Below the pieces are notes generated by a model. The model made no database searches. It saw nothing but the letters and a program-made list of their open reading frames with translations, and had not been told where the DNA came from. The position numbers and the translations under genes are program-made. A stretch of DNA of 64,000 nt, taken from positions 3,709 to 67,708 of the forward strand of contig JAWOBF010000061.1 in NCBI GenBank assembly GCA_046498225.1. The letters are read 5' to 3'. Within the stretch, counting starts at the first letter, position 1; each line of letters opens with the position of its first letter. This stretch comes from Candidatus Aegiribacteria sp. (GTDB taxonomy: Bacteria > Fermentibacterota > Fermentibacteria > Fermentibacterales > JCC-6). Shown here in pieces: positions 19,001 to 26,595 of the stretch.

Positions 19001-19160
19001 CCCCCGCGGTCCAGGATGCGGTTATGTACTCACCGCTGTCCCAGAAGCTGACGCTGGGCGCCAGTGTCAGAACGTAAGTGAGGAGCGCTGCGAGGGCCAC
19101 TGCGACCGCTATGGCCCTGTCGGTTCGAACACTTCTTGATTCAAGCTTCTTGTCAGTCAC
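16083..19160 (-). CDS. DUF2723 (TMEM260-like) large polytopic membrane protein, putative GT-C glycosyltransferase, with a long C-terminal soluble region
   Basis: The N-terminus LTLAPSVSFWDSGEYITASWTAGVPHPPGVPLFVLLGR is the DUF2723 signature. Many TM segments occupy the first ~480 aa, followed by ~540 aa of soluble sequence. GTG start. Confidence 0.8.
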   Translation of the reverse strand: MTDKKLESRSVRTDRAIAVAVALAALLTYVLTLAPSVSFWDSGEYITASWTAGVPHPPGVPLFVLLGRFSTIVFSFLPGVASRVNLMCALAGAATIGLLVRLVQRWGRRMGFTSAWYRPMSVLSGLTATFSYSIWRNSNATETYATALLLTFIIMWSFDCWIERYAERKHRKGWKDHGGWGEARYLLLISYLIILAVANHGSVPLVTGPPILLMYIIYAFRKKTDIWKRSWFILTILGLVVLAFSIHLYMPIRAVQDPEVNETDSSRWENFEKAFTRDQYGRTSILDRKGPFHHQLRLYLKYLSWQPGRVDSGWDRLLGDTGGPAAAMLMRIILLFGAIYGLVVLGMRRPKLLLYLGFLFLMSSILFIFFILNFKTGLEGTPAGEVRERDYFFGASFALFAIFSGIGLVSVFRDFLSEKSRLAWATLAIPLLMFTANHHRCDRSNSYFAHDYGINLLESVPENAVLITNGDNDTFPLWFAQGVLGVRRDVIVSNLSLMNTNWYVQQLVDRDSLLLDFDDHGLVHRLRPVYIWGPHHFHVERYGMPEYSPVDGEILRTTFDQPWPWAVTHGSMAVAIPIEGLSSQGVLSMQDLVLLNMIKNRPIHGREIYFAGTVATESRQYLEPYHMMEGIAFRVTDRPVVDAVNGSRGWELMENYRFTGVEDPSVFKCDQAVQLLKNYVSAYHRLAYHYIDRGRPDSVQMVLDRSEELFTTLPDAWAEVLPRRAMIVARLVDGMHGPAAASDTLQAIADRTLDNARRLDSQELAGLALNLSSLATGTDNTLGYRQELEYRQLFDSLDDGSPAFAWLRVEVALLFSDYIGAWRIVEEMDPGADPAYAGLAAMADSSLAAILNSSPLGYRINIRDTGLSILFESMEPSSVSGLDLNEQATAGRIMEEMLRLSSRSHLISAAASGIVLSRSMEDPQEASVVENLALRILNDPVEETVSWTRWFRTESNRVSPEALAWMAAKGGRPGMMYAALYRSEVMSASALARVLEDPEAYAAGVPDPGRGMGDYSWVNLLEGDQ

Positions 19161-20059
19161 TCTTTCCCCCTGGGATGTGCTTTGTTGTAGGCCTCTCTAA
19201 GCCGTTCCATCGTGAGATGAGTATATATCTGTGTAGTGGAGAGACTGCTGTGGCCCAGCATGTCCTGTACCGCCCTGAGGTCGGCCCCGTTGTCAAGAAG
19301 ATGGGTCGCGAAACTGTGCCGGAACGTATGCGGTGTGGCACCCGCGGCCCTGGCAGCCTTTCTCACTCCGCATGCAACAATACGCCGGATATCCCTGGGG
19401 TCAAGCTTGCGTCCTCTGACACTGACGAAAACAGTCCCGGGATCGGCTGCCCCCTCGGGGACCAGTTCCACCCTTCTCTCCATCCATCTGTCCAGTGAAC
19501 GGCAGGTTGGTTCCGGCAGGGGAACTATTCTCTCCCTGTTGCCCTTTCCGGTGACCGAAACCTGCCTTTCGGCCGTATCCAGCCCGGAAAGGGTCACCGA
19601 AACCGTTTCCGCCGCCCTCAGCCCGGCGCCGTAGAGTATCTCCACGATGGCCCGGTTCCGTATGCCCAGTACGGTGGAGAGATCGTAGCTTTCCATCACC
19701 TGTCTCACCTCCGCCACGCTCAGGAAACCCGGCAGACGCCTGGAACTCTTCGGCATCGCTACCAGCCTGGCGGGGTTGCGGCCGGCCCGCCGGGTCTCCA
19801 GCAGCCAGTTGCCGAAGGTCCGCAGGGTCGAGAGTTCGCGGGAGAGGGAGGCGGAATCCATGCCCCTTGAGGTCTCCCTTCTGAGGAAACCCCTTATCTC
19901 GTTGACGGTGAACCCTGAAAGGAGATCTTCCGAATGCTGGTATTCAAGAAACCTGCGCAGGTCGGCCCTGTACGCCCGAATGGTGTTCTCCGAGAATTTC
20001 CTTCCGTGCCTGAGGTCGCTGCAGAAATCCTCTATCAGTTCTCGATCTTCTTCTTGCAT
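19157..20059 (-). CDS. xerC: tyrosine recombinase XerC/XerD
   Basis: SAM-like N-terminal domain (NTIRAYRADLRRFLEY) and catalytic region HTFRHSFATHLLDNGADLRAVQDMLGHSSLSTTQIYTH. I chose the ATG at 20059; the upstream part of the track ORF lies inside topA. Confidence 0.9.
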   Translation of the reverse strand: MQEEDRELIEDFCSDLRHGRKFSENTIRAYRADLRRFLEYQHSEDLLSGFTVNEIRGFLRRETSRGMDSASLSRELSTLRTFGNWLLETRRAGRNPARLVAMPKSSRRLPGFLSVAEVRQVMESYDLSTVLGIRNRAIVEILYGAGLRAAETVSVTLSGLDTAERQVSVTGKGNRERIVPLPEPTCRSLDRWMERRVELVPEGAADPGTVFVSVRGRKLDPRDIRRIVACGVRKAARAAGATPHTFRHSFATHLLDNGADLRAVQDMLGHSSLSTTQIYTHLTMERLREAYNKAHPRGKE

Positions 20060-22239
20060 CCGGGACACCAGATACCTTTCCTCTTCTCCTCCAGCACCGG
20101 AAAACCGCACCGCGGGCAGGTCCTGGCCACAGGTCTGTTCCATAGAGCGTACCTGCATGAGGGGTACCTGCTGCAGCCGTAGAATGTCCTTCCCTTTCTG
20201 GTCCTCTTTTCCACCAGCTCTCCTCCGCACCCCTCCTCCGGACAGGGAACACCGGTGGGGACCGACTCCGTATGCTTGCATCCGGGATGGTTCTCGCAGC
20301 CGAGGTATCGGCCGTACCTGCCGGACTTGACCAGCAGCTTTCCTCCGCAGAGAGGGCAGGTCCTTCCGGATAACTCCGTCTCCCCCTCCTCCTCCAGCGG
20401 GGTCGAGTACCTGCATTTCGGAAATGCCGTACATGCTTTGAACTTTCCGTACTTTCCCCAGCGTATGACCATGGGAGCGCCGCATTCGGGGCACTGCTCC
20501 CCCGTTTCCTCGAAGAGCTGCTCCTTTAAGCTGTCAGTGCTCCTCATCGCATCCTTCAGCGATGATTCCAGAGGAACGCTGAGCTGCTCCAGGACACCCG
20601 AGTAGGTTTCATCCCCTCCGGCTATGGAATCCAGAAGGTCCTCCATCCTGGCGGTGAATCCAACCTCGAATATGTGGGGGAACATCTTCACCAGTATCCT
20701 CACGGTGGTGGTCCCCAGTTCGGTTGGTTTCAGGAACCTTCCCTCCTTTTCCACGTAATCTCTCTGCCTTATGGTCTTTATGGTGCTGACATAGGTGGAG
20801 GGCCTTCCTATGCCCGCCTTCTTCATCTCGGATACCAGCCTCGCCTCCGTGAACCTTGCGGGCGGGGCCGTGAACTTCTGCTCCTTCCGGAGGTCCACCA
20901 GGGACACTCCCCCCTTCCTGAGTTCGGGAAGGCTGTCCGATGTCCTGACGAAGGCCGGATCGACCCTGGAGAACCCGGGCTGGATGAGTTCCTCCCCGGA
21001 GGCGGTCATCTCGAGTTCCCCCGCGGTGACGGTAACTGCGGTGGTCCGGACCCTCGCGTCCCGAACCTGCGTCGCTACGAAACGATTCCATATCAGCCGG
21101 TAGAGGGACAGCTGGGCGGAAGACAGATGTGGTTTGAGGCTGTCCGGCGTCAGATCGACATTCACCGGCCTGATGGCCTCGTGGGCATCCTGGGAGCCCT
21201 TGGAACTCCTGTACCTCCTTACCCCGGGAGCGAGCATTTCCTCCCCGTATTCCCTCTTCACGAACTCCCTGCAGCTGTTGAGGCTGTCCGGGCTCATCCG
21301 GACCGAATCCGTACGCATGTACGTTATCAGGCCCGTCCTCTCCCCTTTGCCGATGGAGATACCCTCGTAAAGCTGCTGGGCCAGGGACATGGTCCTTCCC
21401 GGTGAATACGAGAGCCTGCTGGAAGCGGCCTGCTGAAGGGTGCTGGTGATGAAGGGAGGGGGCGGTTTCACCGATCTTTCCCTGGACCTTATGGAGGAGA
21501 TCTCCCATTTATCGGACAGTTCATTCATCCTGAGGGAAACGGCTTCGGCCTCCTTCTCGCTGCAGGGGGGTTTTCCCGGTTTGCAGCAGGGTTTTCCGTC
21601 CATCCGGGTCAGGGTCGCGGCGAACTCCCCCTTTCCCTGGCGCACAAGGGCTTCCATGACCCAGTATTCCACGGGGACGAAGGCTGTTATGTCGTCCTCC
21701 CGTTCCTGGATCATTCTCAGGGCCACCGACTGAACCCTTCCGGCGCTCTTTCCCTTTCCCATTATCCTCTGCAGCCAGGACGAGACCTTGTAGCCCACAA
21801 GCCTGTCCATAACCCTTCTTGCCTGCTGGGCGTCGACCAGCTGCATGTCTATCATGCTGGGTTTCTTAAGAGAACGGAGGACCGTCTCCCTGGTTATTGC
21901 GTTGAACCGGAGCCTCTTGAAAGTGACCCCCTTCCTCTCCAGTATCTGTGAGAGGTGCCAGCAGATAGCCTCTCCCTCCCTGTCGGGGTCCGCGGCGAGG
22001 TATATCCTGGAGAAGTTGCGTGACTTCTTCTTGAGGTCTTCCACAGTTTTGCGTTTCTCCGGCAGGATGGTATACGAAGGTTTGAAGCCGTTTTCCTCGT
22101 CCACGCCCATGTAGTTCCGCGGCAGGTCCCTGACGTGGCCGTTCGAGGCTGTTATCTCGTATTCGTCACCCAGGTAGCCCCTGAGGCTGCGGGCCTTGGC
22201 CGGTGACTCCAGTATTACCAGATACTCTTTCTTGCTCAT
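20035..22239 (-). CDS. topA: DNA topoisomerase I
   Basis: Toprim N-terminus (LVILESPAKARSL), GLITYMRTDS around the catalytic Tyr, and four C-terminal CxxC...CxxC zinc ribbons. Confidence 0.95.
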   Translation of the reverse strand: MSKKEYLVILESPAKARSLRGYLGDEYEITASNGHVRDLPRNYMGVDEENGFKPSYTILPEKRKTVEDLKKKSRNFSRIYLAADPDREGEAICWHLSQILERKGVTFKRLRFNAITRETVLRSLKKPSMIDMQLVDAQQARRVMDRLVGYKVSSWLQRIMGKGKSAGRVQSVALRMIQEREDDITAFVPVEYWVMEALVRQGKGEFAATLTRMDGKPCCKPGKPPCSEKEAEAVSLRMNELSDKWEISSIRSRERSVKPPPPFITSTLQQAASSRLSYSPGRTMSLAQQLYEGISIGKGERTGLITYMRTDSVRMSPDSLNSCREFVKREYGEEMLAPGVRRYRSSKGSQDAHEAIRPVNVDLTPDSLKPHLSSAQLSLYRLIWNRFVATQVRDARVRTTAVTVTAGELEMTASGEELIQPGFSRVDPAFVRTSDSLPELRKGGVSLVDLRKEQKFTAPPARFTEARLVSEMKKAGIGRPSTYVSTIKTIRQRDYVEKEGRFLKPTELGTTTVRILVKMFPHIFEVGFTARMEDLLDSIAGGDETYSGVLEQLSVPLESSLKDAMRSTDSLKEQLFEETGEQCPECGAPMVIRWGKYGKFKACTAFPKCRYSTPLEEEGETELSGRTCPLCGGKLLVKSGRYGRYLGCENHPGCKHTESVPTGVPCPEEGCGGELVEKRTRKGRTFYGCSRYPSCRYALWNRPVARTCPRCGFPVLEEKRKGIWCPGCKKKIEN

Positions 22240-22305
22240 TGCTCTCTCATGTCTGGTGATCGGTGGGAATTCGCCCGACCGGGACTCTCCCGGCGGGGAG
22301 TGTGA

Positions 22306-23874
22306 TCAGTCTGTATCCGTCATCCACTGGAAGACGCTGCCGGTAACCAGTTCCGACGTTTCGGGGATCACCGCCTGTCTCCTCTGGAGGTAGTAGGGGC
22401 TGGGGGATGTGGCCAGTACCCTGAAACTGTCGGAGATGAAGGAGAACATGTTAGGTGCGTAGTACTGGTTCTCGCGGTAGTAGAGAACCATCTGGTCGAC
22501 TATCGTGGAATCCAGCAGCAGGCCTATTCCGCCGATCAGGGCGGCCCTCTTCTCCGCCGGCTCGGGATGGAGTATGGACATCACCAGTATATCGTACCCG
22601 TCCTCCGTTCGAATGAGGGAAAATCTCTCCATCTCTATGGAATGGAATGCCGAGAGCTGTCCCAGCGGTTCTGCGAGGAACTGAAGGGATTCGGAAAGAA
22701 CCTCCACTTCCCGGACCGGGGAATCCGTGAGGCCCCTGGGAACCTGGTAGTCATCCGTGGCCAGTGAATCCGGCAGCGTGAGGCTCCTCAGTGATATGAA
22801 AACGGGGGGAGGCAACGAATCCGCAACCAGAGAGTCGGAGGCGGTCTCCCCGGTCCCGGTCGTATCGGGGCCGGCTATCCCGCTCTCCTGTCCCTCACCG
22901 GCGGAAGACGTATCCGGGAGCGCCGCCGGCACTGCACCGGCATCCTGTTCTGACCCGCCGAAAATATCAAAGGGATCAAGGAGCAGGAAGACTGCCAGCA
23001 GGGCGACCAGGACTGTTATGGCAATCAGCGTCGGAGATAGACCGGGGAATCGTCCGGAGCTGCCGGACTTCCTTCTCGCCGGAGCTGAAGGCCGCTCCCT
23101 GGCGGGAATCTCCCGAGCCGTCTCCTCCGGTGGTTTTCTCTCGGGCACCGAATCAAGTGGACGGTCCACCGTTCTGCCCAGGGAGGCGCACTTTTCGCAG
23201 ACGTGTTCCTTCCTGTCGTAGCATCCGGCGCAGGTGAGTTCTCCGCATGTTGTGCAGGGAACCAGTTTCTCCCCGGTAGTGGGTGTCCTTCCGCAGATGT
23301 GGCATCTCTGCACGGTAAGGACCTCCTCCGCGGCTGAAGTGACCACGAGGGGTTCGTCATCATCGGAAGCGGAAGCCCCCGAAACGAAATCGTCGTCCAT
23401 GAGCGAACTCGGAGAATCAACTATGTCGCCCAGGCCGTCATTCCGGCCTTCCCCGTCCGGCAGGACGGTTCGCTCCTCCCTCCCCTCCGCCGGGTACTCG
23501 TCATCCGTTCCAGAATATATTCCCTGCTGCAGGGAATCCTCCTCCTCCTCCTCCTCCTCCGGCTCTTCCTCCTCAGGCGGCGCGGGCGGAGGCGTTGTGT
23601 CCGCCACCGGGGCTTTTTTCCCGGTTTCTTCCGCGGGTGTCTTGTAGTACTTGGGCAGAAGGTCGACGAAAGGGTACATCCTGTCCTGAAGTATTCTGCC
23701 CTGCTCCATCTCGACGTTCTCTCTGAGAATGACCGGGGAATTCTCCACCTTTTCGGTGGCCTCCTCCGTACTCATGCCAAGCTCGCTGACCAGCAGGTCG
23801 ATGACCTTCTGCTTCTCGTCATCCCTGCTGAGCCTGACCAGGAGGAGGTCAACCATTCTGCCTTCTTCGTTCAA
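22306..23874 (-). CDS. novel multidomain membrane protein: L7/L12 C-terminal-domain-like N-terminus, acidic linker, 4x CxxC zinc-ribbon region, one TM helix, extracytoplasmic C-terminal domain
   Basis: Residues ~7-75 (VDLLLVRLSRDDEKQKVIDLLVSELGMSTEEATEKVENSPVILRENVEMEQGRILQDRM) align by eye to the L7/L12 CTD ([49 protein letters not shown]). Also present: PEEEEPEEEEEEED, CHIC..CTTC..CAGC..CEKC, and TM helix LSPTLIAITVLVALLAVFLLL. It starts 1 nt after the mglA stop. Confidence 0.6.
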   Translation of the reverse strand: MNEEGRMVDLLLVRLSRDDEKQKVIDLLVSELGMSTEEATEKVENSPVILRENVEMEQGRILQDRMYPFVDLLPKYYKTPAEETGKKAPVADTTPPPAPPEEEEPEEEEEEEDSLQQGIYSGTDDEYPAEGREERTVLPDGEGRNDGLGDIVDSPSSLMDDDFVSGASASDDDEPLVVTSAAEEVLTVQRCHICGRTPTTGEKLVPCTTCGELTCAGCYDRKEHVCEKCASLGRTVDRPLDSVPERKPPEETAREIPARERPSAPARRKSGSSGRFPGLSPTLIAITVLVALLAVFLLLDPFDIFGGSEQDAGAVPAALPDTSSAGEGQESGIAGPDTTGTGETASDSLVADSLPPPVFISLRSLTLPDSLATDDYQVPRGLTDSPVREVEVLSESLQFLAEPLGQLSAFHSIEMERFSLIRTEDGYDILVMSILHPEPAEKRAALIGGIGLLLDSTIVDQMVLYYRENQYYAPNMFSFISDSFRVLATSPSPYYLQRRQAVIPETSELVTGSVFQWMTDTD

Positions 23875-23875
23875 T

Positions 23876-24484
23876 TCAGCCTCGTTTCTCGTTCAGTGCA
23901 AGAGAAAACTGCCTGTGCAGACGTCTCATGACTATTCTGCTGGCTTTCCTGAGCGTCTCGAAGACTCCGGTGCCGTCAATCGCCACTGATTCGATGCACG
24001 GTACCCGCTCCAGCCCGAGCTTCTGTCTTATGGTATCCGTGGGCAGGATGTCGGGAAGGTCTCTCTTGTTTGCCTGAAGAACCAGGCTCAGGCCCTTGCG
24101 CTTCGTGTCCCTGAGGTTCTCCTTCAGGTCCCGCAGACTGGCGATGTTGGCTTCCATCCTGGCCCTCTGGGAATCGGCCACGAAGATGATACCGTCAACA
24201 CCCTGCAGTATCAGCTGCCTGCTGTCTGTGTACATGGCCTGTCCGGGTACGCTGTAGAGATGCAGCCTTACCTTGAAACCATATATGGTGCCTGTATTTA
24301 TGGGCAGGAAATCGAAGAAAAGGGTTCGCTCGTTGCCGGTGGCCAGGGATATGAGCTTGCCCCTGTCACTGGACGGGATCTGACTGTGTATGAACTTGAC
24401 ATTGGTGGTCTTGCCCGAAAGTCCCGGACCGGCATAGACAAGCTTGCAATCAATCTCCCTGGAACTGTAGCTAACTGTGGCCAT
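23876..24484 (-). CDS. mglA: MglA-family Ras-like small GTPase (paralog 2, closest to Myxococcus MglA)
   Basis: MATVSYSSREIDCKLVYAGPGLSGKTTN...RTLFFDFLP...LYSVPGQ...GIIFVADSQ...ANKRD is near-colinear with the MglA sequence as I recall it ([28 protein letters not shown]...). Confidence 0.9.
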   Translation of the reverse strand: MATVSYSSREIDCKLVYAGPGLSGKTTNVKFIHSQIPSSDRGKLISLATGNERTLFFDFLPINTGTIYGFKVRLHLYSVPGQAMYTDSRQLILQGVDGIIFVADSQRARMEANIASLRDLKENLRDTKRKGLSLVLQANKRDLPDILPTDTIRQKLGLERVPCIESVAIDGTGVFETLRKASRIVMRRLHRQFSLALNEKRG

Positions 24485-24671
24485 TCGTATCTTCCCCGTT
24501 TCCAGAATCCTCGTCTTCGTTATTCGAGATTCCCTCTTTCATACCTTTTCTGAACATGTGCAGAGCCTGACCCACGGAACGGGCCAGGTCCGGGATCCTC
24601 TTGGCTCCAAAAAGAAGAAGAAGAGCTACGATTATTAATATTATCTCACCGGTGCCTGGTCGAAACATCAT
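24471..24671 (-). CDS. tatA: twin-arginine translocase subunit TatA/E
   Basis: The 66-aa protein has GEIILIIVALLLLFGAKRIPDLARSVGQALHMFRKGMKE, i.e. a TM helix, the FG hinge and an amphipathic helix. Confidence 0.85.
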   Translation of the reverse strand: MMFRPGTGEIILIIVALLLLFGAKRIPDLARSVGQALHMFRKGMKEGISNNEDEDSGNGEDTNGHS

Positions 24672-24698
24672 TATTACTCCCGATCCGTTGGGGCCTGC

Positions 24699-24971
24699 TC
24701 AGAACCAGCGGTAAAGATAACCCACGAACATCAGCCCGGCAAAACTCATCAGGTTCAGCTTGAAAGCTATCTCCTCCAGGGCGAACCTGAACACTATGAG
24801 ATCGAACCCGAATGGTCCGACCGAAAACTCCAGCGCTCCCCCGAAAAAGGACCGGAGGGCGGTGGACGATTCGGGAAGCACGGCCGCGATCGACTCACCG
24901 AAAACGGTACCGGTCATCATTCCGAAGAAGGATATCGCAATCCAGAAACCGTTCGAGCGATTATGAAGCAC
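24699..24971 (-). CDS. small membrane protein, DUF4321-like
   Basis: 90 aa with two hydrophobic ends flanking a Gly/Phe-rich core (FGGALEFSVGPFGFDLIVFRFAL). It ends YLYRWF. The pattern matches my recollection of DUF4321. Confidence 0.5.
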   Translation of the reverse strand: MLHNRSNGFWIAISFFGMMTGTVFGESIAAVLPESSTALRSFFGGALEFSVGPFGFDLIVFRFALEEIAFKLNLMSFAGLMFVGYLYRWF

Positions 24972-24992
24972 AATACCTCCAGCATCCGTAAT

Positions 24993-25532
24993 CTATTCCG
25001 GCGCACAGACTGAATCAACCCCTGCGGCCGCCGATGACAGGAATCCCTTTCTCAGCAGTACTGCGGCAACAATACCTGTAACAGCCCCCGAGAGGAAACC
25101 CCATAGGGACACCGGAAGCAGAAGGGAGGATACCGGCAGTCCCGGAATCAGCGCGGAAGCCGCCAGAAGCTGAACCCACAGGCTGGATAGACTTCCGGCA
25201 ACCGACATCCCGGGTATGGAGAAGAACTTTCTCGCGGTTCCCATCACCGCCGCCGAGGCCGCCCCTCCGGCCATGGACAGAAGGTATGCCGGAGTAGCCA
25301 GGGTTCCCATGATCAGTGCGGCTCCTGTGGACCTTAGGATATTGACCCGCAGACCGGTGAGTAGTCCGTACCTGACCACGGCGGCTACTGTGACGACGTT
25401 TGCCAGCCCGGGCTTGATGAACGGGAGCGGTCTCGGGACCATGTTCTCGATGACCGCGGCGCCCGTGGCCAGTATTACCAGCAGCACTTCTATCCCGGCC
25501 CGTCCCCGCGCCGTATCAGTTCCTTCCCGCAT
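24993..25532 (-). CDS. Gx transporter family membrane protein (Hpre_diP_synt_I-like)
   Basis: IENMVPRPLPFIKPGLANVVTVAAVVRYG matches the xPxPxxKLGLANIxT motif of this family. About 5 TM helices. Confidence 0.6.
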   Translation of the reverse strand: MREGTDTARGRAGIEVLLVILATGAAVIENMVPRPLPFIKPGLANVVTVAAVVRYGLLTGLRVNILRSTGAALIMGTLATPAYLLSMAGGAASAAVMGTARKFFSIPGMSVAGSLSSLWVQLLAASALIPGLPVSSLLLPVSLWGFLSGAVTGIVAAVLLRKGFLSSAAAGVDSVCAPE

Positions 25533-26595
25533 CGGCGGCCTCCAGCAGTATCTTCTCCACCCGCAGGAACAGGTCCCCGGAGTCGAACTCCTCCCTGGCT
25601 CTGCGCAGCGCTCCCTTCGAGAGTTCGCTCCGGACGGCCGGGTCGCTCATCTTCCTGACCGCCTCCGCCAGCGCCAGCGGGTCTCCCGGCGGTACCACGA
25701 GCCCGCTCACTCCATGCATGTTCACCCATGGCACGCCGGTGGGAAGGGCGGTGCTGATGACAGGCACCCCGCAGGCCATCGCCTCCGTCTGGACCATGCC
25801 GAAGGCTTCGCTGCGCATGGTGGATGGAAGAACCAGGAACCCCGCGTTCCGGTAGAGCTCCAGCAGTTTCCTGTCGTCCGGGTCTCTCTCCATGACGATG
25901 TTCAGCCGGTCCCGCCGCGCAACTCTGGAAACGAGTCCTTCCAGAGGACCCCCGCCTGCCATTATCAGCCTTTTCTCCGGGAACTCCCTCCAGGCCCGCA
26001 GGAGTACCTCTATCCCCTTGTAGCTCCGGAATCTCCCGACGAACAGGGCGTAGCTTCCGTCCGTCTCTCCGGCGGCCGGGGTGAACAGGGACGTATCCGT
26101 TCCGATGGGAACCACTTCGGTGTTGTCCAGGCCGGAGAGGTAGGGGGAAGTGTCCCTGTAGACGGGAGAGGTTGCCAGGACCCTTTCCGCGCCCCGGAGA
26201 AATCTTCTGAGGAATGGGCCGTACAGCGGCATGAGGAATGCCTGCCTGACTATATCGCTGTGATAGGTTACGATGTAGGGCGTGCGGCTCACGGACAGGA
26301 GCCGGGCCATGACTGCTGAAGGAAGGGGAACATGGAACTGCACCGCGTCGGCTTCGATGGAGTCCAGCATCCTTCCCAGCCCCGGTGATATGGGGTTGGA
26401 CAGCACTCGGGCGACGCAGGGGTACTCCGCCACCCTGAAACCGGAGACAGTCCTTTCCCGCCCCTCTCTTCCCGCCACCAGCACCGTTACCCGGTGGCCC
26501 CTCTGCGACAGGAATGCCGAGAGGTCGTGAATGTACCTCTCTATCCCCCCCGTGAGGAAGGGGTGGACGTCCTTGTACACCTGCAGCACTCTCAA
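25516..26595 (-). CDS. glycosyltransferase family 4
   Basis: N-terminus MRVLQVYKDVHPFLTGGIERYIHDLS, and the C-terminal E-x7-E region LPSTMRSEAFGMVQTEAMACGVPVISTALPTG. TTG start in a TTGA overlap. Confidence 0.85.
   Translation of the reverse strand: MRVLQVYKDVHPFLTGGIERYIHDLSAFLSQRGHRVTVLVAGREGRERTVSGFRVAEYPCVARVLSNPISPGLGRMLDSIEADAVQFHVPLPSAVMARLLSVSRTPYIVTYHSDIVRQAFLMPLYGPFLRRFLRGAERVLATSPVYRDTSPYLSGLDNTEVVPIGTDTSLFTPAAGETDGSYALFVGRFRSYKGIEVLLRAWREFPEKRLIMAGGGPLEGLVSRVARRDRLNIVMERDPDDRKLLELYRNAGFLVLPSTMRSEAFGMVQTEAMACGVPVISTALPTGVPWVNMHGVSGLVVPPGDPLALAEAVRKMSDPAVRSELSKGALRRAREEFDSGDLFLRVEKILLEAADAGRN

Noticed and set aside
19157-20059. The tyrosine recombinase as a marker of a prophage or integrative element
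   Set aside because: It sits in the conserved topA-xerC-hslVU housekeeping context, has the XerC/D-type N-terminal domain, and has no flanking phage, transposase or att-like repeats. I treat it as chromosomal Xer.
22279-22293. Hairpin CCGGGA-gag-TCCCGG between the 522-aa gene and topA
   Set aside because: It is a perfect 6-bp stem but has no downstream U-tract. It could be an RNA-stability element, but nothing in the sequence supports a specific function.
23538-23574. Tandem CTC/CCT trinucleotide run
   Set aside because: It encodes the poly-Glu linker (PEEEEPEEEEEEED) of the 522-aa protein. It is a coding low-complexity tract, not a CRISPR array or a regulatory repeat.
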